Notes under the pieces: generated by a model
What the model was told of the DNA's origin: nothing
The model's database searches: none
What the model saw: only the letters and a program-made list of their open reading frames with translations
From: Candidatus Latescibacterota bacterium
Lineage (GTDB): Bacteria > Latescibacterota > UBA2968 > GCA-2709665
Length of the DNA: 64,000 nucleotides
Assembly: GCA_965248435.1 (NCBI GenBank)
Contig: OZ252100.1
Location: 672,001-736,000 of the forward strand
Direction of reading: 5' to 3'
Shown here: positions 37,840 through 47,594 of the stretch, in pieces
Layout of the letters: each line of letters starts with the position of its first letter
Position numbering within the stretch: position 1 is the first letter of the stretch
Translations under genes and position numbers: made by a program

Positions 37840-38048
37840 GGGCGGAATGGAGCGCTGAGGGTCTATCAGGTAAGATCTGTCTCCGGAGGGAGGCAGGGCA
37901 GGTTCTCTGCCGGTCAGCCAAGGCATTATTGGGGGAGATAATTCCTTGAACCAGACCGATAAAATCAGAGAGCTTGGTCTCTCTTCCGATACGTCACAGT
38001 CGAACCTGGATGATGACCCGAAGCCAACTCCATCCGCCCTTTTTTTTT
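37840..38048 (+). ncRNA. ~200-nt rod-shaped RNA, 6S RNA-like
   Basis: Nested pairing from GGGCGG-a-ATGGAG/CTCCAT-CCGCCC inward to an apical loop near 37932. G-U pairs favour the + strand, and a T9 tract follows. Confidence 0.6.
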
Positions 38049-38375
38049 GCCGGATCTGCGGGTGACGAAATCTCTGACATAAGCGACCCACCGGAGTGGC
38101 CTCGTTCGTTATGACGAGAGATGGGGTTCGTGACCAGCGGGTTTGCGGGGTCGAGTGGGGATGGGACGCTGGGCCCCTTTTTAAAGCTTTCTAGAAGCCT
38201 GACCGAGATGTCGAAAGACGATCCTATCAGACTGTCCTATTATATGTAAAGCGATTGAAATCGCTAATACTGGCGATTTCTGGCCGATCTGTAACTCATA
38301 AGAATTTGATGGTGAATGAGTTGTATGCCCAAAAGACCCCGAGGGCCAAACGCAAGGCCCCCCAGGCCAGGCCAC

Positions 38376-38407
38376 AAAAAAACCGGCTGAGATCTCAGCC
38401 GGTTTTT
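38376..38407 (-). terminator. Intrinsic terminator (bidirectional) downstream of the response regulator
   Basis: Perfect palindrome AAAAACCGGCTGAGATCTCAGCCGGTTTTT. Confidence 0.8.
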
Positions 38408-38751
38408 CTAAAAGCAGGGTTTACGCTGGAACTAGGAGGTTTCGCCCAGCACCTCATCCACCTTGTAGCTCGCGGACCCAGAGGTTTGAAATCCACCTCT
38501 TCAGCCGTAGAGGAGACCACGATGAAAGGAAGCGAAGGAAAACGCTCCTGAGCAGCCTTCATGAGCTCGAGACCCGTCATGTTCGGCATCTGATTATCCG
38601 TGACGACGAGGTCCACGGCTCCACCCTCTAAAACCTTAAGGGCTTCACGCCCATCTTCAGCCTCAAGGATTTGGACCTCCTCTTCTTCCAGCAACGACCT
38701 GATTACCAGCCGCACTTCAAACAAATCATCTACGATAAGAACCTGTTTCAT
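38395..38751 (-). CDS. Stand-alone receiver-domain response regulator (C-terminus possibly frameshifted)
   Basis: LIVDD, AEDGREAL and VTDNQMPNMTG motifs. Promoter TTGCTT-N17-TATATT at 38824-38796. Confidence 0.8.
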   Translation of the reverse strand: MKQVLIVDDLFEVRLVIRSLLEEEEVQILEAEDGREALKVLEGGAVDLVVTDNQMPNMTGLELMKAAQERFPSLPFIVVSSTAEEVDFKPLGPRATRWMRCWAKPPSSSVNPAFRKTG

Positions 38752-38828
38752 GTATCTGCTCCCGTTTGGATTGCCGCCAAGCTTCCAATAAAAATAATAT
38801 AGCCACGGTCCCTAAAAAAAGCAAGGAT

Positions 38829-41213
38829 TTAGGGCCTCGGCAACCAGCCTTCGGCCTTGATGGCCTCCTTACCGACATCGATTCGAATCGCCCCTCTTAG
38901 GTCCGTGCGATAGGTTGTGATCCCCATCACGTCGAACCTTTGAATGACTTCCGGAGCCGGGTGTCCAAAGCGGTTGTTCGTTCCGCAGGAGATGGTCGCG
39001 AGGCTAGGATTCACGGCTTCGAGGAATCTGCGGGTCGAGGAAGTACGTGATCCGTGGTGCGCAACCTTCAGGACCTCGGAATGGAGCCGATCACCCCATC
39101 CAAGGAGGTCTGGGTCCGTCTCTTGTTCGATATCTCCAGTCAGGAGCACCGCCTTCCCTCCATAGGTCAGCCTCAGAACAACAGAGCCGTTGTTCAACCC
39201 ATCCAGCGATACACCCGCTTCCGAGACAAAGTGTGGGTTCGGGTGAAGGACGAGCCCCCCCACCCCACCAAGCCCGACCAGGCTGTCCCCGGCCGCAACG
39301 GCGTAGTACGAGATACCTCTCTCCTGAATCAGGGTCCTGATCCTCTGAGCGGTCCAGGAATCATAACGTTGCCCTGAATCCAGGTAGGCACCGATTTCGA
39401 GCGTCTCGAGCAGCGTCACCAGTCCTCCGATGTGGTCACCGTGCGGATGCGACGCGACCACTACATCGATCCGCTCGATGCCCAGTTCCCTCAGAAAAGG
39501 GACCAGGACACGCTCCCCCACGTCATATCCTTGTTGTCGCACCCCGCCGTCGACAAGCATCGTCCTTCCGCGAGGAGACCTGAGAAAAACCGCATCTCCC
39601 TGACCGACATCCAACACAGTGATCTCCAGATTAGACGGGCGACGAATCAGGTCTTCCCAGACCCAGAGGTTCGCGAACGCGAGCGCACAAAAGGCAATCC
39701 ATTTGCCCACTTTCGGCTGACGAACCTCGGGGAGAACGGTCGTGAGGACGCAGAGGTAGAGTCCAACGAACGCCCACGATGGCTTTGGCACTTCCACGAG
39801 CGCCCAGTCCGGTTCGCCCAGCAGACCGGCACAGGCAATCGCTGCCTTCAACACTGCCCAGATCGCGCCATTTATCAGGATCGCGACCTGTACAAGAGAG
39901 ACCGAAAGGATGGCTGAAAGCAGCCCGAGTGACACTGCAGCTCCAACAAGGGGTACCACAACGAGATTTCCCAGAATCGAAATCGGGGACAGATGTCCAA
40001 AATAGGTCGCGACAAATGGGGCGGTCCCTGCCTGAGCAGCGAGCGAAACGGCAACAGGCATAGAAATCCACTTCTTCCAAACCTGCCTCCCCTGGGGCAC
40101 CCACTCCTGAATGGCCGGGCAGAGTGCGAGGATGGCCGCGGTGGCCGCGAACGAAAGCTGAAAGCCGACGTCGAAAAGCTCCTGCGGCCGATAGGCGAGC
40201 AAGCCCAACCCAGCGACACCCAACGTGTTCAGCCCATCCCCGTCCCGGTCGCTCAGTGCCCCCAGGACAACCAGGGACCCCATGATCGAAGCCCGAAGAA
40301 CCGAGGGGCGAAGTCCCGTCACGAGTGCATACATCAAGACCCCGGCCACAGTCATCACGCCGGTCCATCGCTGCCCTAGGCCGAGGCAGCGCAGTCCAAA
40401 GAAGATGGACGCCGCAACCAGGCCCACGTGCAGTCCAGAAACGGCCAGTACGTGATTGACGCCCGACCTCGCGAACGCCTCTCGGACCTCCTCTGGCACG
40501 CTCCGCTTCTCTCCAAGAAGGAGACCTTTGAGAAGGCCGGCAGGCGCGCCAGAGAGATTCTTATCTACAGATCGACGAACCGTTCTTCTAATGGGCAGGA
40601 TGACCTGCTTCCAGAGCCCATTCCTTCTTCCAGGCCGGATTTCGACGATCTGTCCGGGGTCTCGTACTTTGGCCGTCCCATATATCCCCTTTCGCTCCAG
40701 GTGGCTCCGATAATCGAAGCCTCCAGGATTCCTCGCAGGCTCGGGCCTGCGCAGCCGGACACGGAGGTGTAACGAATCTCCGTATTCGATCTCAGGACCG
40801 GGTGCCTTAAATCGAATCAAGACGGAGCCACAGGTTGAAAATTGCTTTGTGTCCAGCAGGGCGCGTTCAACGTCTAGAACGAGGCTCAAATCATCCCCCA
40901 CCCATTCGGGCTCTCGAGAAACCTCACCGATGATCTCGACCTCACCCCGGGGATCGATCCAGTGGACGATGTGGCGTGGAGGAAGCAGCGTTGCCATTTC
41001 GTAACGCATCATCCCGGAGGAACAAAGAAGAAAGCCGATGTTCCATCCTATCCACCGACCTCTCCACTTTGAGATCGAGCCAACAAGGAGGAGTGAAAAC
41101 GATACCGTTGTAGTGGCGACAGCAGCGGCACCCGGCAATGCCCAGGAATTGCCCAGGGCGATTCCCAGTCCAAACCAGACGGCTGCCTCGAGTGCAGGAC
41201 GTCGACGTCCCAT
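38829..41213 (-). CDS. comEC: DNA internalization competence protein ComEC/Rec2
   Basis: RNPGGFDY, HVLAVSGLH, GFQLSF, DVGQGD, HPHGDH and HHGS motifs. Start reassigned to ATG 41213 after GAGG. Confidence 0.95.
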   Translation of the reverse strand: MGRRRPALEAAVWFGLGIALGNSWALPGAAAVATTTVSFSLLLVGSISKWRGRWIGWNIGFLLCSSGMMRYEMATLLPPRHIVHWIDPRGEVEIIGEVSREPEWVGDDLSLVLDVERALLDTKQFSTCGSVLIRFKAPGPEIEYGDSLHLRVRLRRPEPARNPGGFDYRSHLERKGIYGTAKVRDPGQIVEIRPGRRNGLWKQVILPIRRTVRRSVDKNLSGAPAGLLKGLLLGEKRSVPEEVREAFARSGVNHVLAVSGLHVGLVAASIFFGLRCLGLGQRWTGVMTVAGVLMYALVTGLRPSVLRASIMGSLVVLGALSDRDGDGLNTLGVAGLGLLAYRPQELFDVGFQLSFAATAAILALCPAIQEWVPQGRQVWKKWISMPVAVSLAAQAGTAPFVATYFGHLSPISILGNLVVVPLVGAAVSLGLLSAILSVSLVQVAILINGAIWAVLKAAIACAGLLGEPDWALVEVPKPSWAFVGLYLCVLTTVLPEVRQPKVGKWIAFCALAFANLWVWEDLIRRPSNLEITVLDVGQGDAVFLRSPRGRTMLVDGGVRQQGYDVGERVLVPFLRELGIERIDVVVASHPHGDHIGGLVTLLETLEIGAYLDSGQRYDSWTAQRIRTLIQERGISYYAVAAGDSLVGLGGVGGLVLHPNPHFVSEAGVSLDGLNNGSVVLRLTYGGKAVLLTGDIEQETDPDLLGWGDRLHSEVLKVAHHGSRTSSTRRFLEAVNPSLATISCGTNNRFGHPAPEVIQRFDVMGITTYRTDLRGAIRIDVGKEAIKAEGWLPRP

Positions 41214-41393
41214 ATTCCTCCCCACTGCCCACCGATCCCGTGTACTCACACCCCTCGCACGAACGTGCAATTCCCATACCGCCTCGAAACCTCCCAAAAT
41301 AGGCCGATTCCGAGCCACATAGGGAGGAACATCCCTTTCACTCCCTGAACAGGTCTTTCCCCCTCATCCAGCGAGCGTTTTCCCAATAATTGT

Positions 41394-41422
41394 TTGACAA
41401 TCCTTACACCTGATGGTATATT
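41394..41422 (+). promoter_or_regulatory. sigma70-type promoter of the ecfT-truA operon
   Basis: TTGACA-N17-TATATT. Confidence 0.72.
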
Positions 41423-41499
41423 TTCGACCACAGGAAGCGCCCAAATATCTGCTTTTACGAAAGGTTACAGCAAACTGTGAGGATCCGGTCCTGCCGATC

Positions 41500-42297
41500 T
41501 TGAAGGATATCACGCTGGGTCGCTTCATCCCGGGAGACTCGACACTGCACGGCCTGGATCCTCGCGCCAAGCTCTTCGTCACGGCAGTCTGGATGATCAT
41601 CCTTTTATCGAGCAGCTCTGGCTTGATTCCTGTACTGGTTCTGGGGCTGAGTCTCCTGCTTGGAAAGGTGTCCGGATTTCCCCTGAGATTTCAGCTCAGG
41701 AACTTTCGGCCGCTCATTCCCATCCTTGTCCTAACGTTTATTCTGAACGCGATGCTCACTCCCGGGGAGAAGCTCTATGCACTTCCGGGAGGCACGGGTG
41801 AGCTTTCTTTCGAGGGCATCCGGCGTGGTCTTTTCCTTCTCTTGCGGCTCTGCGCACTCGTGTTGATGACGACGCTCCTGACGCTTTCAACATCCCCTCT
41901 GGAACTTGCCGATGGGCTGGAATCCATTCTTCGCCCTCTGAAACGGTTTGGTCTACCCGCTCACGAACTGGCGATGACGATCACGATAGCGCTCCGGTTT
42001 GTTCCGATTCTGATGGACGAGGCCGATCGCCTGCGCATGGCGCAGCTGGCCCGGGGAGCGGACTTTGGAGGAGGTCCCATTCGGCGTGCCAAGAGCCTGC
42101 TTCCCATTCTCCTGCCCCTTTTTCAGTCTGCCTTCGGACGAGCGGATCGGCTCGCAGTAGCGATGGAGGCACGTTGCTATCAAGGCGAGAAAGGACGCAC
42201 CCACTACCGCAGACTGGCCATGTCTTTCACCGACTACAGTGTGCTGACGGTTTCCCTCCTGGCAGCAGGCCTGATTATGGGCCTGGGGGGATTCTGA
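41500..42297 (+). CDS. ecfT: ECF transporter transmembrane component T
   Basis: LHGLDPRAK, IALRFVP, AQLARG and AMEARCY motifs. TTG start chosen because the ORF-track ATG lies inside the promoter. Confidence 0.92.
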   Translation: MKDITLGRFIPGDSTLHGLDPRAKLFVTAVWMIILLSSSSGLIPVLVLGLSLLLGKVSGFPLRFQLRNFRPLIPILVLTFILNAMLTPGEKLYALPGGTGELSFEGIRRGLFLLLRLCALVLMTTLLTLSTSPLELADGLESILRPLKRFGLPAHELAMTITIALRFVPILMDEADRLRMAQLARGADFGGGPIRRAKSLLPILLPLFQSAFGRADRLAVAMEARCYQGEKGRTHYRRLAMSFTDYSVLTVSLLAAGLIMGLGGF

Positions 42298-42306
42298 TCC
42301 TCCGGT

Positions 42307-43056
42307 ATGCGGCGCAATATTCGGCTTGTCCTCGAATATGACGGAACGGAATTCAAGGGATGGCAGATTCAGCCGGGCCAGCGCACGGTGCAGGCGGAGC
42401 TGGAGTCCTGTTTATCGAAGATCTTCGGTGATCGAATCCGTGTGGTTGCCGCGGGTCGTACGGACTCCGGTGTCCATGCCCTTGGACAAGTCGTCAACTT
42501 TAGTGCGAACGGCTCGATCAGCGTAGATCGGGTCCCTCGCGCCTTAAACGGCATGCTCTCATCGGATATCGCGGTTCGAGGTGCCGATGAAGTGCCGCTT
42601 ACCTTCCACGCGCGGCGGGATGCCGTTAGGAGAAGATATTTTTACAGAATCGGATATGGCAGGCGTGCGGTTGGTCGGGCATACAAATGGTGGATGCGAT
42701 CCAGGCTGGAAGTAGAGGCCGTAGAAGATGGACTTTCAAGGCTTCTGGGCAGCCACGATTTTTCTTCTTTTTGTGTGGCGGTGTCTCAGTGCAGGAATCC
42801 AGACTGTCATCTGTATGAATCTCGCCTGGAAGAAACCGAAGGCGAAATCTGTTTCCACTTCGAGGCCAACCGCTTCCTGAGATCTATGATCAGGGGCATC
42901 GTCGGAACATTGGTCCAGGTCGGTCGTGGAGATCGATGCTCGCAGGATATATCCAGAATCCTTGAGGCGAGAGATCGGAGATTCGCGGGACCGTCCGCGC
43001 CTCCACAGGGCCTGTTCCTCGACCGGGTGATCTACAATGACACAGTAGGGGGGTAA
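42307..43056 (+). CDS. truA: tRNA pseudouridine(38-40) synthase
   Basis: YDGTEFKGWQ, AGRTDSGVHA and APPQGL motifs. Confidence 0.97.
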   Translation: MRRNIRLVLEYDGTEFKGWQIQPGQRTVQAELESCLSKIFGDRIRVVAAGRTDSGVHALGQVVNFSANGSISVDRVPRALNGMLSSDIAVRGADEVPLTFHARRDAVRRRYFYRIGYGRRAVGRAYKWWMRSRLEVEAVEDGLSRLLGSHDFSSFCVAVSQCRNPDCHLYESRLEETEGEICFHFEANRFLRSMIRGIVGTLVQVGRGDRCSQDISRILEARDRRFAGPSAPPQGLFLDRVIYNDTVGG

Positions 43057-43062
43057 CTCGAT

Positions 43063-44163
43063 TTGTGGCGGTTCATTTTCAGCATACTCTGGATCGCCCT
43101 CCTCTTCGGCGCGCACCCGGTCTGGTCGGCGAAATCGTTACAGGAGGAAATAAACGACACCAGACGAAACGCGATTGTTCGAGCCATTGAGAAAGTCGCG
43201 CCTTCTGTTGTCAGCATCAATACCACCTCGCTTGAAGAGTATGCCATTCGACATCGATATCCGGTGTTTGATTTCCTCTACTACTTCCCCGAGGAGGTCC
43301 CCGGTATCGGCTCGGGATTTATCATTCGGAAAGATGGTTACATCCTGACGAATCACCACGTGGTGGAAGGAGCCCGAGAGGTTTCCGTCACCTTTTCAGA
43401 CGGAAGAACCTTCAACGTTACGGATGTCGCACGAGATGTCTTGGTCGACCGGCAAACAGATCTTGCGGTGATCAGAATAGAGGCGAAAGACCTCCCGGTT
43501 TCTAAATTCGGAGACTCGGACAAAGTCATTATCGGGGAATGGGCGATCAGCATCGGCAACCCCTTCGGGCTTCTCATAGAAGACCCGAAGCCAACTGTTA
43601 CCGTCGGCGTGATCAGTGCGGTAGATCGCAACTTTCGTCCAGACGATGGCGGCCATATCTATCAGGGCATGATCCAGACCGATGCCTCCATCAACCCGGG
43701 AAACAGCGGCGGACCGCTCGTCAACAGCATTGGAGAGGTTATCGGGGTCAACACATTCATCCTTTCCAAGAGTGGCGGTTCTACAGGGATCGGGTTCGCG
43801 ATTCCAATAAACCGCGCCGTTCAGGTGGCCAGGAATCTGATCGACAGCGGCACGCGGGAGTTCTGGACCGGATTCTGGTTGCATCCGAACCTCACTCCCT
43901 GGTTGGCCCGCGCGGTGGGTCTCCCTATTCATTCTGGCGCGTTAATCACCCGAATCGAGAAAAACAGCCCGGCGGCGCGGGCAGAAATCGACCCGGGCGA
44001 CCTGATCGTTGAAGTGAACGGTCTCCGCGTGAAAAGCGATCAGGACGTTGCCGGGGCCTTCCGTACGGGAAGGGTCGGTGAGGCATTCACGCTCAAGGTG
44101 TTGCGGGGTCGAGTTTTCAGGAATGTGGAGCTTGTCCTTGAGGAGGCCCCTGAGGTTCAGTGA
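43063..44163 (+). CDS. HtrA/DegP-family serine protease with one PDZ domain
   Basis: Signal peptide, TNHHV, DLA and GNSGGPL motifs. Confidence 0.93.
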   Translation: MWRFIFSILWIALLFGAHPVWSAKSLQEEINDTRRNAIVRAIEKVAPSVVSINTTSLEEYAIRHRYPVFDFLYYFPEEVPGIGSGFIIRKDGYILTNHHVVEGAREVSVTFSDGRTFNVTDVARDVLVDRQTDLAVIRIEAKDLPVSKFGDSDKVIIGEWAISIGNPFGLLIEDPKPTVTVGVISAVDRNFRPDDGGHIYQGMIQTDASINPGNSGGPLVNSIGEVIGVNTFILSKSGGSTGIGFAIPINRAVQVARNLIDSGTREFWTGFWLHPNLTPWLARAVGLPIHSGALITRIEKNSPAARAEIDPGDLIVEVNGLRVKSDQDVAGAFRTGRVGEAFTLKVLRGRVFRNVELVLEEAPEVQ

Positions 44164-44801
44164 TGGCAAAGGAAGCCTGGCCGATCCTCATCCCGATCGG
44201 CATCTGCTCCGCAATCACGCTGGGTCTGTTCTGGGTTTACTCGCAGCCCGGGTTTGGGTATCTTGGGGGTATCCTGGCCGTCGGGACGGGATTCGTGGCC
44301 GCTTTTTTCCGAGACCCGAACCGTGTTCCGCCCGCTGACGGAGGGGCGATTGTCTCGGCCGGAGATGGCAGGGTCGTTGCCGTTCAACCGATTAAAGCAG
44401 ACCCGTGGCTTGAAGGCGACGGGATTCAGGTGAGCGTCTTCCTCTCAATCTTTAACGTTCACGTCAATCGGATCCCCGTCTCAGGACTTGTGGACGCCTT
44501 TGAGTATCGGTCTGGGAAGTTCAGACTGGCTTTTTCGCACCAAGCTTCCGCCGAGAACGAACAGGCCGTTGTCCGTATCCAGGGGTCCGACTTCACGATG
44601 GTCGTTAAGCAGATCGCAGGGTTTTTGGCGCGTAGAATCGTGTGCCGGCTGTCCAAGGGTGATGAGGTCAGCATCGGACAGCGTTTCGGGCTCATCAAGT
44701 TCGGATCCAGGATAGATCACCTCCTTCCGCCAACAACGAGCATAAAGGTAAAAGTCGGCGATCGGGTGAAGGCCGGCGAAACCATCATCGGAGTTGTCTA
44801 G
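44163..44801 (+). CDS. psd: Phosphatidylserine decarboxylase proenzyme
   Basis: FFRDP, HVNR and IKFGSR motifs. Confidence 0.94.
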   Translation: MAKEAWPILIPIGICSAITLGLFWVYSQPGFGYLGGILAVGTGFVAAFFRDPNRVPPADGGAIVSAGDGRVVAVQPIKADPWLEGDGIQVSVFLSIFNVHVNRIPVSGLVDAFEYRSGKFRLAFSHQASAENEQAVVRIQGSDFTMVVKQIAGFLARRIVCRLSKGDEVSIGQRFGLIKFGSRIDHLLPPTTSIKVKVGDRVKAGETIIGVV

Positions 44802-44802
44802 C

Positions 44803-45525
44803 ATGAAAAAACGCACCGTACTGCCCAACCTGTTTACCGTGTGCAACCTCCTTTGCGGGTTTCTTTCTATCGCATACGCCAGTCAGGGCAGGCTCGTTCC
44901 GGCTGCCTGGCTGATCGTGATTGCGGGCTTTCTGGACGCGTTCGACGGGAAAATCGCGCGCTTGCTCGATGCCCCAAGTAGGTTCGGGGTTCAGTTCGAC
45001 TCTCTCGCCGACGTTTGTTCCTTTGGTGTCGCACCCGCTGTACTGATGTTTAGCTATTACACGGATCTACTGGCCATTCGGTGGCTGCCCTTTACGGTCT
45101 GCTTCTTCTTCCTGTTGTGTGGCGCGCTGCGCTTGGCCAGATTCAACACGCAGCAGGAGGGCTTCGATAAAGATGATTTCAATGGACTTCCGACGCCCCC
45201 GGCGGCCGCAACACTCGCCGCCTTCATTGTGTTCACTCAGCGCGTATGGGAGAGCTCGCACGAACCACAGGTCGCGGTTCCCCTCTGTGTGATGGTCTCC
45301 CTGTTGATGATCAGCCCGTTCGACTATCCCGCATTCCCAAAATTCAGTTTTGAAACACGCAAGGATCGCGCTCGCTTGATATTAGCATTGACGGCCGCGG
45401 TGCTCATCATTCTTTTCACGGACGAGGCCTTTTTCCCCATCGCGCTTTGTTTCGCGCTCTCAGGTGCTGCTCGGTGGCTGTTTAACCTGATCACCCACCG
45501 AGAGGTGGCTGACGCCGGATCCTGA
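44803..45525 (+). CDS. pssA: CDP-diacylglycerol--serine O-phosphatidyltransferase
   Basis: PNLFT, DGKIAR...G...DSLAD and RLARFN motifs. Confidence 0.94.
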   Translation: MKKRTVLPNLFTVCNLLCGFLSIAYASQGRLVPAAWLIVIAGFLDAFDGKIARLLDAPSRFGVQFDSLADVCSFGVAPAVLMFSYYTDLLAIRWLPFTVCFFFLLCGALRLARFNTQQEGFDKDDFNGLPTPPAAATLAAFIVFTQRVWESSHEPQVAVPLCVMVSLLMISPFDYPAFPKFSFETRKDRARLILALTAAVLIILFTDEAFFPIALCFALSGAARWLFNLITHREVADAGS

Positions 45526-45547
45526 AGTAACTCGAAAGACAAAGGCC

Positions 45548-45829
45548 ATGGGCAAAAAGAGTATCGGTGTGCTGATCATCGCCCTCTTCATCGGGGTGTT
45601 GGCGGCGAGCGTTTTCGCGGCGGTACTGAATGTGATTTTCGAGAGCCTTGGTCTCCAGAACAATGTTGTCCAGAAGGTCCTCGTCGATCCTTTGGTACAG
45701 TATGAATTTGGCCCCATTCCCCTGAACCTGATCGTCATGTCCCTTACCTTTGGAATTTCATTTGATTTCAACGTGCTGAGTCTCCTCGGGATCGGCACGG
45801 CCTGGTACTATGTGAAGTACTCTTACTGA
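45548..45829 (+). CDS. Small membrane protein (DUF4321-like)
   Basis: Hydrophobic 93 aa with the pattern LNL..MSLTFGISFDFNVLSLLG. Confidence 0.6.
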   Translation: MGKKSIGVLIIALFIGVLAASVFAAVLNVIFESLGLQNNVVQKVLVDPLVQYEFGPIPLNLIVMSLTFGISFDFNVLSLLGIGTAWYYVKYSY

Positions 45830-45845
45830 AAAGGAGGTGACAACC

Positions 45846-46106
45846 ATGCTGGGGGGAATTGGAACGTGGGAAATCCTGCTCATCTTCCTGGTCTTACTGC
45901 TCCTCTTTGGAGCCAGACGGATCCCTGAGATCGCCAGGGGCTTGGGCAAGGGCGTCACTGAGTTCAAGAACGCCGTCCGCGACGTGAAGGAAGAGATCGA
46001 GACGGCAGACTCGCCATCAGTCTCAAACCCTTCACCAGATTCGCCTTCGTCCACGACAGAATCGAAGGTTGAGACCGGAGAGCAAGCGTCAAAGCAGGCA
46101 CAGTGA
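45846..46106 (+). CDS. tatA: Twin-arginine translocase subunit TatA/E
   Basis: LLLFGARRIPEIARGLGKGVTEFK; strong SD AAGGAGGT. Confidence 0.93.
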   Translation: MLGGIGTWEILLIFLVLLLLFGARRIPEIARGLGKGVTEFKNAVRDVKEEIETADSPSVSNPSPDSPSSTTESKVETGEQASKQAQ

Positions 46107-46145
46107 TCGATCTGGCCAAGCCATAGAAGGGTGGTTGAAGCCTCA

Positions 46146-47594
46146 ATGAGGCCCTTGAACGAACGATCTGCTTGTGACCTCATTGAAGCCCTCAGGGGTC
46201 AGCAGGTCACCGCCCGCCAGTTGACCGAATCTGTATTCGAACGGATTCAGGAAAGAGATTCGGAGATCAATGCGTACATCACGCTCGACAAAGATGGCGC
46301 ACTCCGGAAGGCCGATGAAGTTGATCGCAAGATCGCCGCGGGAGACCCCGTGGGATCGTTGGCCGGAATTCCGATAGCCCTCAAAGACCTACTCTGTACA
46401 AAAGGCCTCCCTACCACCTGCGCTTCTCGCATCCTCGAAACGTTTATCCCTCCTTACGATGCAACCGCAGTCGCTCGACTCCACGAAGCAGACGCCGTCA
46501 TCATCGGCAAACTCAACATGGACGAGTTTGCGATGGGGTCCTCCAACGAAAACTCGGCGTTTGGATCCGTGCGCAATCCGGTAAGCACCGACAGGGTGAC
46601 GGGGGGGTCGAGCGGAGGTTCTGCTGCTTCGGTTGCAGCCGGCGAAACAGTCCTCGCGCTCGGAACGGACACGGGTGGATCCATCCGCCTCCCCGCTTCC
46701 TTTTGCGGTGTCGTCGGTCTGAAACCTACATACGGAAGAGTCTCCCGTTTCGGCCTAGTGGCTTTTGCCTCTTCCCTGGATCAGATCGGCCCGATCACCC
46801 GAGACGTCTCCGACGCAGCGCTGCTCCTGGGCGTCATCTCCGGCCACGACCCCCTCGATTCTACATCGGTTGATCTCCCTGTTCCCGCCTACACAGCGAA
46901 CCTTCGAGCGGGCGTGGAGAATTTGAACGTGGGGCTCCCGAAGGAGTACTTTACCGATGGCCTTGATCCAGATGTCCGCGAAGCCGTGATGCGAGGGGTC
47001 AAAATTCTGGAAGGCGCTGGCGCCCACATTGAAGAGGTCTCACTCCCCGTCGCCGGGCATCCCGAGTACTCGATCGCCTCCTACTACATCATTGCGACAG
47101 GAGAAGCCTCTTCCAATCTGGCACGGTACGATGGGGTGAGATACGGCCTCAGGACTGAGGACAAAGACCTGACCCAAATGTACTGCAATACGAGACAAAG
47201 TGGATTCGGAGCGGAGGTCAAGCGTCGGATTATGCTGGGAACCTACACACTCAGTGCAGGCTACTATGACGCCTACTACCTGAAGGCCCAACGTGCCCGG
47301 ACGCTCATCAAAGAAGACTTTGACCGCGTTCTTGAGGGTTGCGATATCGTAGCCGCCCCGGTTGCGCCAACGACGGCGTTTAAAATTGGAGAAAAGATCG
47401 ACGATCCTCTTCAGATGTATCTTTCTGACATTTATACCGTTTCCGTGAACCTTGCCGGAATCCCGGGAATCTCGGTACCCTGCGGTTGCTCAGCGGAAGG
47501 GCTCCCCATCGGGTTGCAGCTCATGGGTCGGCCATTCGACGAGGAAACCCTGCTCCAAGCCGCATACGTTGTAGAAAAGGGACAATCCACTTGA
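46146..47594 (+). CDS. gatA: Asp/Glu-tRNA amidotransferase subunit A
   Basis: [25 protein letters not shown] and EVKRRIMLG motifs. Confidence 0.97.
   Translation: MRPLNERSACDLIEALRGQQVTARQLTESVFERIQERDSEINAYITLDKDGALRKADEVDRKIAAGDPVGSLAGIPIALKDLLCTKGLPTTCASRILETFIPPYDATAVARLHEADAVIIGKLNMDEFAMGSSNENSAFGSVRNPVSTDRVTGGSSGGSAASVAAGETVLALGTDTGGSIRLPASFCGVVGLKPTYGRVSRFGLVAFASSLDQIGPITRDVSDAALLLGVISGHDPLDSTSVDLPVPAYTANLRAGVENLNVGLPKEYFTDGLDPDVREAVMRGVKILEGAGAHIEEVSLPVAGHPEYSIASYYIIATGEASSNLARYDGVRYGLRTEDKDLTQMYCNTRQSGFGAEVKRRIMLGTYTLSAGYYDAYYLKAQRARTLIKEDFDRVLEGCDIVAAPVAPTTAFKIGEKIDDPLQMYLSDIYTVSVNLAGIPGISVPCGCSAEGLPIGLQLMGRPFDEETLLQAAYVVEKGQST

Noticed and set aside
37865-37899. Resemblance to the SRP RNA domain IV motif (TCCGGAGGGAGGCAG)
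   Set aside because: The CAGG is displaced, the GNRA-capped helix cannot form as in SRP, and the segment pairs long-range instead
37828-38091. 87-aa minus-strand ORF across the rod RNA
   Set aside because: No recognisable motif, non-ATG start, and G-U pairing favours a + strand RNA
38257-38322. Short inverted repeats GAAATCGC/GCGATTTC and AACTCAT/ATGAGTT
   Set aside because: Short and isolated, with no adjacent gene start; may be chance
37190-38395. tmRNA, RNase P RNA or tRNA in the large intergenic region
   Set aside because: No GGAAAGTCC, no tRNA-like GGGG...CCA ends and no T-loop GTTCGA cloverleaf found by eye
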